Source: Mizuhopecten yessoensis
Lineage: Eukaryota
DNA length: 64,000 nt
Direction: 5' to 3'
Assembly (NCBI RefSeq): GCF_002113885.1
Contig: NW_018408744.1
Span: 59,965 to 123,964 of the forward strand
How positions within the stretch are numbered: position 1 is the first letter of the stretch; each line of letters begins with the position of its first letter. The position numbers and the translations under genes were made by a program. Positions 53,714-64,000 of the stretch are shown piece by piece. Below the pieces are notes generated by a model. It did not search any database, had not been told where the DNA came from, and saw only the letters and a list, made by a program, of their open reading frames with translations.

Positions 53714-55754
53714 CTAAACATGGCGCACAAACACTCGAGACAGTCCATTCGGTGCTCGCACGCTCTTTCCAGCTGTGGTTGTGACCGTGTTATCACGATC
53801 CGTGGACACAAGCGTGAGACGTGGACGTGCCTGGACGGAGTTCACTCTTACTGGTCTCATTCCTCGGTACCATAGCCGAGTAACGCTGCCCCTGTAGTCT
53901 TCGTTAAAGGCGATGAACACTAGAGGATTGACAAAGTTGGGTAGGAAGAGTAGGCAGTACCCCACAAAATCCTGTGTATATGTGATAGTAGCTCTGTCGG
54001 TGTCCAGGCTCAGTGCAGACAACACGGAATAGGGAGCCCAACACAGACATATGGTGCCTGGAACACAAGACAGAATGGTAAAGGATGGGATGTCTGGAGC
54101 AGGAAGGAAGATGCTACAAGGTGGATGACATCTGCAACGGTGGTGGGGGGTTAGGTTTGGTCTGGAACAGACAGGGAGCATGATGGAAAGACATAATAAT
54201 TTTAGACCGATTTAGCAATTAGGACGGGGATGGTTATCTTTCAGATATGACAAGGTGGCAATCTAGGGTCACCTAGAAGCCCAAGGACGGGGTGGCACGG
54301 TGAGAATATCCTGAACATATTGGACAGAGTGGTAAGTGTTCGTAATGGTTTCCTTGAACTTACAGGAGCGATTGGTTTATTAGGGATCGCATGAAGATGT
54401 AGTAAGAACACTGATCGTACTTCGGGGGATTGGACTACAGAACAGGGTTGATTAAAAGGAGATACGGCTACGGGATGGGTGGCAACAAGGTAACAATCTA
54501 TGACGACGGGCTACAGTGCGGGCTGGTTACCTATTTACATGGGGATTGGACTAAAGGTCGGAGTTGGCTTCAAAGGGAATGGCTACAGGACGGGATGGGG
54601 GTTCAGGAAAGGGAAGTAATTATGGGAAAATGGGCTACAGGATGGATTGGTTACAAAGGGAATTGGGTTACAGGACGGGGAAGTCTTCTGGACCGATGGG
54701 GCTTCATGAAGGAAAATTAACATGCTTATAAAGTGGATATAACATCTCTTATTTAATAAGTCTAAATGGTGGTTAACATTCATATTTTAATATACAGCAG
54801 TTGACCTGTTTTTAAACATAAACATTTTTTGATAATGCTATTTACGATAGAACATGCAGACTTGTATCGACAATGGCCTTTAATATGTACCGTATTAACC
54901 TTTAGCGATGCTGACTCTGGTTTGAATATATATATCTTACCTATATTGATGATAACTATTTTGAATGTCTTGAGACAGGAAGCAACTGATCTTGTTCTGT
55001 CCACCAGTCGCCGTCGAGGGGGAGGAGTGTGGCCACGTATTGTTCGTATGTCATCATTGCCCCTATGACAAGGGTCAATTAACGACCGCGCCAACAACGC
55101 GATCTTCAAGTAACAAAATATAAGAAGGCAGAGCGGTACCATAACAGTCAGACACCACGTTGTGTAGGAAAACGCCCTTGAGGTAATCCACGTGATTCCG
55201 CAGATCTGAAGACTTCTCGGCTGGAAACAGATGCTGATACCTCCCCACCCTAAACATGGCGGGACAGAAAACATGATCCCGATACACCAGGTTGACATGA
55301 CCATTGCAAGGCTCTTGCGGAAGTCCATAGTTAGCGAGTGTGTGAATGGCCGGAAGATGGTGAGGAATCTGTCCATACCAATCAGAGCTAGTGTCCAGTT
55401 AGTGGATATGGACGTCACCATGACAACTATCGGAGACGAGCGACATACGATGTCGGCTAGGACGAGGTGAGAGTAGACGATGGAATAGCACAGTATAGGT
55501 ATGGGGTACACGGACGATAGGAGGTAGGCAGTCGACAGACTCAGGATGCATGCCTTCATCGATGTCGTCATCGATTTCGTCCTATGGACGACGTAGATCA
55601 GCAGGGCGCATGACGTCACACTCAGTATGATGATACACACAAGGAAAACTATCTGGATTCCCACTAATGTCGGTCTGACACATACCTCGGAGTGCGGGTA
55701 ACAGTAGATGTCACGGGGATAGTCCTCCATGTCACATTTATTACTTCCGTTCAT
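53714..55754 (-). CDS. Class A (rhodopsin-like) 7TM orphan GPCR, 2 coding exons, ~385 aa
   Basis: complement(join(53714..54057,54941..55754)). Donor ATAG|gtaag and acceptor ttccag|GC give a phase-1 intron within TM6 (IINIG|TICLCWAPY). N-terminal NGS sequon, seven hydrophobic segments, TM3 Cys and DRF, PPCLGWG, ECL2 Cys, CWxP, NPLVF. Confidence 0.88.
54420..54700. repeat. Degenerate G-rich short repeats in the GPCR intron
   Basis: Recurring gga(t)tggctacag/ggttaca-like units. Confidence 0.6.
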
Positions 55755-57150
55755 CGTCCCAAATATTCCATACAAATAGATCGGAAAGTATTCAGGGTTT
55801 CCGGTTGTTAACAGATCCCTTTATATTTGGTACAACATTTCACTATTTTGCCACATGCTTGGAATGATTAACTCTCAGTGACCATTTTGTCTATACCAAT
55901 GACTGGCCGATGACTATTCCGTCTTAACTGTTGACAGAACCAGTGACAAGCCGGTGACCATCTCATCCAACACTGAATTGTCGGATGAAATCCTGACATT
56001 CAGATCAAGCCAATTTATTACAAAGTCTGCTATTGATAAATAATGCATATATTTTCATATTTAATGTATTAGATATATGTATCGTTGTCTTAATGGCGTT
56101 GAGAGTTATAGAGGGATTGCTGTATGTAATGCCGAACTCCCAGTGGAACTACTGGTACAATGCAGACGACAGTGGTCATATACATCAATCTACAGGTGTA
56201 ACACAACCAGTAGACGTTGTCTAGCTAAGTGATTGTCTTTTTACCGTTGAAATCAATTTATACATTACATTTCGTTTCATATATATTGATAAAGAGCATC
56301 TAAATAAAACAAAATATTACAAAATGTATTATTTTAATTTATCGTTTTTCAGGACACGGATACACTTGTTTATATGTGTAGATGCTGCTTGCATTTTTCT
56401 AAAACTTTTCTCTTCTCATTATTTTAATGAGTATTGTTTGTCATCGCTAAGAGAGCAATCGTAATTACGTGTATAAATTGTTTAAACTCATTTTCATGTA
56501 ACTTACATGTATACGACGTCCTTACTTTTTGTTTTGTGCTTGGTTTTTAGGTTATACGACATCGCCTGAAAAAGTCTAGCATTGAGAGAATAGCAAAATT
56601 AATATAATACGGGTATAAGCATTCATTTGAACTTGGCGACCATGGAAATTACCTCGATGAGAGAAAGGGTAATACAGTACATTTCAATAATAGACAATGG
56701 AATTTACCTGTGCATGTACATTGCACGAAGTCTTTGTAACTTTAACAACTCAAAATTCGATAAAATCGGCCTAGATGATTTGTCACGGGAGATCGAGAAA
56801 TCGAGGCCCGGGTAGGGTACAGGTGAGTAAAAAACTGTCTTTCTCCGTAAGAGTCTTTCAGAAAATATTTTATGCAAAGTACATGTAAAATAGATTTTAG
56901 AAATCTGTCCAAAATCTGTCCAAAATCTAAAATTGTAAAAAAATCCTAATTTGTTTTAGGTATTTAAGTCTATAGAGTTTCGAAAAAATACTGACAACTA
57001 ACACTTTTGAGGTGTTATATCAAAGCTGAGTGAATATACAATGAATATAAGTACTCGTCTTTTAATGATTCACCTTATATTACCCCTTCAGCTGAGAAAG
57101 AGATAGATGCGGTGCCCGTAAGAGAATGGAAATTATTTAAGGAACCCCCA

Positions 57151-57183
57151 GTGAGTCACGTGTACCTCCGTGAGTCACGTGAC
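57151..57183 (+). promoter_or_regulatory. Tandem composite AP-1/E-box sites; the second forms a CLEAR motif
   Basis: gtgagtcacgtg at 57151-57162 and 57170-57181 (TGAGTCA overlapping CACGTG), with gtcacgtgac at 57174-57183, ~70 bp upstream of the candidate ATG at 57251. Confidence 0.55.
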
Positions 57184-57250
57184 CAGATAGGATACCCATG
57201 TAGATTGTTATTGCCAGCAGCAGTAGCAGCTGGTTGACCTCGCACGACAA

Positions 57251-57352
57251 ATGTCTGGGCTCATTTCTGTGGAAAGGAGTCCAAACCTGGATCAGAAATT
57301 ACTCAAACAATGGTCGAATAATGCATCGGCGTCCCAAAGAACCGCTGCCACG
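57251..57352 (+). CDS. Putative first coding exon of the beta-1,3-galactosyltransferase gene (34 aa)
   Basis: ATG at 57251 opens 34 codons up to donor ACG|gtaagt. Phase 0 joins acceptor ttttcag| at 58558, in frame with the main ORF. Confidence 0.6.
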
Positions 57353-58557
57353 GTAAGTCGTGTGTAAACTTTCTCTGAGTGAAAACAAAGATTGTTTGTG
57401 TACTTCCGGTTTTACATAAAACTCCCTAATTATCTATATGAGGGTAACACGAAAGTACACACATATCGATACCCCATTGTAAGGTATACATGTTGTGGTC
57501 TAAAGGTCAGTGTACACGGCCAGCTAACACGTAGGGGGATTGCTCATTTATGTTTACCAGGCCCACACGTGTGTGATGAGGGGAACAGCACAAGGAGGGG
57601 GGTGAACGATAACAGCATTTGTAACTGTGGACACTGTATACACGTGTATGTGTAGTGCATACGCGTACATTGTACTTAGGCACCTCGACTGGGGAGAACT
57701 GTGTACGTGTAGTTGAAAACCGTTTCTGAAGGATCACAACTATTTAATTTCGAAGGGATTTGTGTATACGACTGTTCGAGGATACATATTTATATATATA
57801 TACATACGACTGGTAGGTGTTGGGACATCTACTTACATATTGTACGTGAACACACGAGAGTAAGAAATGTCAACGAGAGGAGATTGAAATATATTGACTG
57901 AGATGTATTCAATCAGTACTTATGAAATCATTGAATCCCGTTACATATCATGGTAGTGTAATGTTTTGTAGCACCATTATATAATCTACGGTACCTTATA
58001 TGAATAACAACACACACTGTGACGTAAATATTACACCATGTCATTAATTCACGGCAATATTAAAGACAAACATCGTGACGCTTCTCTTTTCTAACTCTTG
58101 CAATGTGTACTGTATGAACAGAATCTTTTAAAACACGTTTCCATATCGCACGTGCATGAAACTCGCCAAAGATCTTTTCAGCATACAATTTCACATTTAA
58201 TGTTATCTTGTTTAGGTTTTCATGGGATGTCCCGACTTTATGACTTCCGTTATTGAAAGAAAGCTTTCAGTTGCTATGATGTACAACCAGAATACACTGT
58301 AGACAACTACTTACATGTGTATGACTTCATTGTTGATATGAAGTGTCACATTAATACATACGAGTGTTAAATGATGACATTGCTGGTTATCAGGTAAATG
58401 AAGCGTCTATTTATAAGTGTTCAACTCTTTTAGGATCATGTGCGATATAGGGAAGTAAGATAAAATATGTATGGATAATTCAACCTGCAAATTATAATAA
58501 TACATTATGTATTTTGAAAGCATAAATGAGTACTAATTAAATATTTGTATTTTTCAG

Positions 58558-59694
58558 AATAAAATGACACTTTGGCCACAGCGATCGCCACCTGTTTCCC
58601 GCCTGTTGTTGCGAGCCGGTGTAGTGATAAGCGGAGTTGCCTTTTTTTTCTTGTGTCTGACGTCATTGCGTGTTTCACAGAGTCAGGATACACAGCTCAA
58701 AAAGATTCATACCGTACTCCACCGACCCGTGTCGCAGGCATGTGTTGGCGGAAAATGCTTCTCACAAACCTCGATGGACGAACAATATGCACAATATTTT
58801 ATTCCTAGAAAAGAAAAAGTGAATCCTTTTCCGTTAAAATATGTAGTTCCAGGTTCATCGATATGTTTAAAGGGAGCCCCCGTATACTTGGTCATTCTCG
58901 TGCCATCTATACAAACACACGTGGAAGAACGTCGTGCAATACGTAATTCATGGGGAAGTGTTGCCAGGGGAAACCACTGGCCCCGGCATCATGTCAACAC
59001 AACCGTTAAACTAGTGTTTTTGTTTGGTAAGGATCCTGCCATGAAAAACAACAGAGTTGCACAGTTAGAGAGCGAGATGTACGGTGATGTCGTGCAGGGA
59101 GATTTTGTAGATACGTATGCAAACTTGACACGGAAGATGCTGATGGGTCTTAACTGGGTATCGAGTTATTGTACCGACGCTGAATACGTACTGAAGGCGG
59201 ACGAGGATACCTTCGTACACATCCCTAAACTCGTGAGCGTCCTGGCTAGAACGCGACACCCTGCCTACCGGGGAGTTGTACTAGGACACGTGAATGTGGG
59301 CGGCATTGTAAAACGTGTAGGGAGGTGGAAGGTGGAACAAGAAGATTACCCGTTTCCACATTACCCTCCATACGTTTCCGGTAACACATACGTCATTTCC
59401 TCTAACATCGCAGCGTCCTTATTCAGGGCGTCAGAATACTTCCCGTACATCCCCATTGAAGATGCCTACATCACGGGTATTTTAGCTAAGGCGGTCACTG
59501 CGGAGGTTATTGACGTGCCAGGGTTCACGTTCTACCTAGACAGACCGCCTCATGCCTGTGATTACCTACAGGACAGTCGAATCTCCTCCACAAAAGTCAG
59601 CTCTCACTTGAAGATCTATATATGGGAAAAACTCCTGTCGAATTCGCTCAATTGTAAGAGAAAACTATACACAGAAAATGAGGAGACACAGTAA
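58558..59694 (+). CDS. GT31 beta-1,3-galactosyltransferase-like type II membrane protein (B3GALT1/5-like)
   Basis: N-terminal TM (GVVISGVAFFFLCL) and GT31 motifs RRAIRNSW, LVFLFG, GDVVQGDFVDTYANLTRK, YVLKADEDTFV (DxD), YPPYVSG and EDAYITG. Stop TAA at 59692-59694. Confidence 0.93.
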   Translation, partial: NKMTLWPQRSPPVSRLLLRAGVVISGVAFFFLCLTSLRVSQSQDTQLKKIHTVLHRPVSQACVGGKCFSQTSMDEQYAQYFIPRKEKVNPFPLKYVVPGSSICLKGAPVYLVILVPSIQTHVEERRAIRNSWGSVARGNHWPRHHVNTTVKLVFLFGKDPAMKNNRVAQLESEMYGDVVQGDFVDTYANLTRKMLMGLNWVSSYCTDAEYVLKADEDTFVHIPKLVSVLARTRHPAYRGVVLGHVNVGGIVKRVGRWKVEQEDYPFPHYPPYVSGNTYVISSNIAASLFRASEYFPYIPIEDAYITGILAKAVTAEVIDVPGFTFYLDRPPHACDYLQDSRISSTKVSSHLKIYIWEKLLSNSLNCKRKLYTENEETQ

Positions 59695-59819
59695 AGGAGG
59701 AAACAGATAGAATGCAATCACTGACAGTGAACATTAAGATAGAGAAGACAAGTGATGATAGTGAGAAGATTTTATGATATGATGGTGACGCAATACGACA
59801 GAGTGAAGACGTTATAGAA

Positions 59820-62800
59820 GTGAGGAGACACGATATGGTAGTGAGGTGATAGTATGTTTTGGTAGTGAGGAGAAACGTTATGATAGTGTGGAGACACGTT
59901 ATGGTTGTGAGGTGACAAGTTATGGTAGTGATGTGACACGATATGGTAGTGAGATGATAGTACGTTATGGTATTGTGGTGGCACGTTATGATAGTGTGGA
60001 GACACGTTATGGTTGTGAGGTGACACGTTATTGTAGTGAGGAAACACGTTATGGTAGTGAGGTGACACGATATGGTAGTGATGTGACACGTTATTGTAGT
60101 GAGGTGACACGATATGGTAGTGTGGAGACACGTTATGGTTGTGAGGAGACACGTTATTGTAGTGAAGAGACACGTTATGGTAGTGTGGAGACACGTGATG
60201 GTAGTGTGGTGACACGTTATGGTAGTGATGTGACACGTTATGGTAGTGATGTGACACGTTATGGTTGTGAGGTGACACGTTATTGTAGTGAAGAGACACG
60301 TTATGGTAGTGTGGAGACACGTTATGGTAGTGAGGTGACACGTTATGGTAGTGTGGAGACACGTGATGGTAGTGTGGTGACACGTTATGGTAGTGAGGTG
60401 ACACGTTATGGTAGTGATGTGACACGTTATGATATTGAGGAGACACGTTATGGTAGTGAGGTGACACGTTATGGTAGTGAGATGATGGTACGTTATAATA
60501 TTGAGGAGACACGTTATGGTAGTGTGGAGACACGTTATGGTTGTGAGGTGACACGTTATTGTAGTGAAGAGACACGTTATGATATTGAGGAGACACGTTA
60601 TGGTAGTGTGGAGACACGTTATGGTAGTGTGGAGACACGTTATGGTTGTGAGGTGACACGTTATTGTAGTGGAGAGACACGTTATGATATTGAGGAGACA
60701 CGTTATGGTAGTGAGGTGACACGATATGGTAGTGTGGAGACACGTTATGGTAGTGAGGAGACACGATATGGTAGTGAGGTGACACGTTATGGTAGTGAGA
60801 TGATGGTACGTTATAATAGTAAGGTGACACGTTATGAAAGTGAAGAGACATGTTATGATAGTGAGGAGACATGTTATAATAGTGAGGGGACAATTTATGT
60901 TATAAAGGAGACACGTTATGGTAGCGAGGAGACACGTTTTGGTAGTTAGGAGACAAGTTATGGTAGTGAGGAGACAAGTTATGATAGGCAGGATACATGT
61001 TATGGTAGCGAGGTGACACGTTATGGTTGTGAGGAGACACGTTTTGGTAGTGAGATGACACGTTATGGTAGCGAGGTGACACGTTATGGTTGTGAGGAGA
61101 CACGTTTTGGTAGTGAGATGACATGTTATGGTTGTGAGATGACACGTTATGGTTGTGAGGAGACATGTTTTGGTAGTGAGATGACACGTTATGGTTGTGA
61201 GGAGACATGTTTTGGTAGTGAGGAGACACGTTATGGTAGTGAGGAGACACGTTATGGTAGTGAGAAGACGCGTTATGGTAGTGAGAAGACGCGTTATGGT
61301 AGTGAGATGACACGTTATGGTAGCGAGGTGACACGTTATGGTAGTGAGGAGACACGTTATGGTAGTGAGGAGAGAAGTTTTGGTAGTGAGGAGAGAAGTT
61401 TTGGTTGTGAGATGACACGTTATGGTTGTGNAGTGTGGAGACGCGTTATGGTAGTGAGGAGACACGTTATGGTAGTGAGGAGACACGTTATGGTAGTGAG
61501 GAGAGAAGTTTTGGTAGTGAGGAGAGAAGTTTTGGTTGTGAGATGACACGTTATGGTTGTGAGGAGACATGTTTTGGTAGGGAGATGACACGTTATGGTT
61601 GTGAGGAGACACGTTATGGTTGTGAGGAGACACGTTTTGGTAGTGAGATGACACGTTATGGTAGTGAGATGACACGTTATGGTTGTGAGGAGACATGTTT
61701 TGGTAGTGAGATGACATGTTTTGGTAGCGAGGTGACACGTTATGGTTGTGAGGAGACATGTTTTGGTAGTGAGATGACACGTTATGGTTGTGAGATGACA
61801 TGTTATGGTAGTGAGGAGACAAGTTATGATAGGCAGGATGCATGTTTTGGTAGTGAGATGACACGTTATGGTTGTGAGGAGACACGTTTTGGTAGTGAGA
61901 TGACACGTTATGGTAGTGAGATGACACGTTATGGTAGTGAGATGACACGTTATGGTTGTGAGATGACATGTTATGGTAGTGTGGTGACAAGTTATGATAG
62001 GCAGGATACATGTTATGGTAGCGAGGAGACAAGTTATGGTAGTGAGGAGACACGATATGGTAGTGAGGAGACAAGTTATGGTAGTGAGGAGAGAATTTGG
62101 TAGTGAGAAGACATGTTATGGTGGTAGTGAGGAGAGAAGTTGTGGTTGTGAGATGACACGTTATGGTTGTGCGAGACAAGTTATGATATAAAGGAGCCAC
62201 GTTATGGTAGTTTGGTGACACGTTATCGTAGTGAGGAAACATGTTGCGGTAGTGAGTTGATACAATATGATAGAGAAAAAAGGTGTTATAAAAGCGAAGT
62301 GAAATGTTATGGTTGAGAGAGGACACGTTATGGTTGTGAGGGGGCAAATTATGAAACAAAGGAGAAACAATATGATATTGACGAGACATGTTATGGCAGT
62401 GAGGAGACACGCTATGGTAGTGAGATGACACGTTTTGGTAGTGATAGTGTGGAGACACGTTATGGTTGTGAGGTGACAAGTTATGGTAGTGAGATGACAC
62501 GTTTTGGTAGTGAGATGACAAGTTATGGTAGTGAGATGACACGCTATGGTAGTGAGATTGCACGTTTTGGTAGTCAGATGACACGTTTTGGTAGTGAGGA
62601 GACACGTTTTGGTAGTGGGATGACACGCTATGGTGACACGTTATGGTAGTTAGGTGACACGATATGGTAGTGTGGAGAAACGTGAAGGTAGTGTGGAGAC
62701 CTGTTATGGTAGTGTGGAGACAAGTTATGGTAGTGAGATGACACGCTATGGTAGTGAGGAGACATGTTATGGTAGTGAGATGACACGCTATGGTAGTGAG

Positions 62801-63730
62801 ATGACACGTTTTGGTAGGGAGGAGACACGTTTTGGTAGTGAGATGACAAGTTATGGTAGTGAGATGACACGCTATGGTAGTGAGGAGACACGTTATGGTA
62901 GTGGAGGAGACACGATATGGTAGTGTGGAGACACGTTATGGTAGTGAGGTGACACGTTATGAAAGTGAAGAGACATGTTATGATAGTGAGGAGACATGTT
63001 ATGGTAGTGAGATGACACTATGGTAGCGAGGAGACACGTTTTGTTAGTTAGGAGACAAGTTATGGTAGTGAGGAGAGAAGTTTTGGTTGTGAGATGACAC
63101 ATTATGGTAGTGTGGAGACATGTTATGGGAGTGAGGAGACAAGTTATGGTAGTGAGGAGACAGTTATGGTAGTGAGGAGACAGTTATGGTAGTGAGGAGA
63201 CAAGTTATGATAGTGAGGAGACATGTTATGGTAGTGAGGAGACACGTTATGGTAGTGTGGAGACACGTTATGGTAGTGTGGATACACGTTATGGTAGTGT
63301 GAGATGACACGTTTTGGTATTGAGGAGACACGTTTTGGTAGTGAGATGACATGTTATGGTAGTGTGGTGACACGTTATGGTAGTGAGGTGACACGTTATG
63401 GTAGTGAGGTGACACGTTATGGTAGTGAGATGACAAGCTATGGTAGTGAGGAGACACGATATGGTAGTGTGGAGACACGTTATGGCAGTGTGGAGACACG
63501 TTATGGTAGTGGAGGAGACAAGTTATGATAGTGAGGAGACATGTTATGGTAGCGAGGAGACACGTTATGGTATTGTGAGATGACATGTTATGGTAGGGCG
63601 ATGACACGCTATGGTAGTCAGGCGACACGTTATGGTAGGGAGATGACACGTTATGGTAGTGAGATGACACGTTTTGGTAGTGAGGAGACACGTTATGGTA
63701 GTGGAGGAGACAAGTTATGATAGTGAAAAG
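59820..63730. repeat. 21-bp minisatellite, ~3.9 kb (~185 units)
   Basis: Unit gagacacgttatggtagtgag and variants, with an N at 61431. Generates all the His/Thr/Tyr-rich ORFs on both strands. Confidence 0.96.
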
Positions 63731-63880
63731 AAAGGTACAATGATATAAACAACATTCCATTCGGTTAATTGTTCGTACACTGTACAATGATTTGATCAGA
63801 ATTAAAGTGTCTGTTTGGTTTGTATTGAAGTTTTTGAGTGTTTTGATCATCTCTCTCCAGTTCACCTAAAGACTGGTTTT

Positions 63881-64000
63881 ACAATAAACAAAGATGTGTC
63901 ACGAATCTTGTTGAAGTAAACAATAAACAAAGATGTGTCACGAATCTTGTTGAAGTAAACAATAAACAAAGATGTGTCACGAATCTTGTTGAAGTAAACA
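63881..64000. repeat. 39-bp perfect tandem repeat running off the window end
   Basis: acaataaacaaagatgtgtcacgaatcttgttgaagtaa at 63881, 63920 and 63959. Confidence 0.92.

Noticed and set aside
53714-55754. Calling the GPCR an opsin
   Set aside because: There is no lysine at the K296-equivalent position in TM7.
16875-63730. Apparent excess of array periods divisible by three
   Set aside because: About half of the arrays (periods 20, 23, 29, 35, 40, 43, 59) are not multiples of three. The sample is small and the ORF track biases attention toward in-frame arrays.
59648-63865. 992-aa and other His/Thr-rich ORFs (SPHYHNV heptads) that look like a metal-binding or adhesive protein
   Set aside because: They are products of a 21-bp minisatellite. 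Several frames on both strands are open, the frame shifts freely and crosses an N, and there is no signal peptide or unique domain.

Overview
AT-rich eukaryotic (animal) genomic DNA, most likely a bivalve mollusc judging from its V-domain and Meta-type SINEs. It is not prokaryotic and has no CRISPR array. Three spliced protein-coding genes can be rebuilt by hand with GT-AG boundaries and consistent phases. (1) A 7-coding-exon TBATA/SPATIAL-family gene on the minus strand (5973-16488, ~434 aa), with a possible RFX-motif promoter and first exon ~29 kb upstream at ~45.8-46.0 kb. (2) A 2-exon class A GPCR on the minus strand (53714-55754, ~385 aa) that lacks several canonical class A residues. (3) A divergently oriented GT31 beta-1,3-galactosyltransferase-like gene on the plus strand (57251-57352 + 58558-59694, ~412 aa), followed almost immediately by a ~3.9 kb 21-bp minisatellite. 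The rest is intron or intergenic DNA packed with more than 15 unrelated minisatellite arrays (which generate nearly all the long low-complexity ORFs in the track), SINEs, MITEs and decayed LINE fragments. The most unusual signal is a set of five sequence-unrelated fold-back elements, each with a terminal palindrome. Three of them also have a short inverted-repeat pair bracketing the body, three interrupt minisatellite arrays, and one has a 7-bp flanking direct repeat. This suggests non-autonomous elements mobilised by a tyrosine recombinase (Crypton-like); that mechanism is inferred, not shown.
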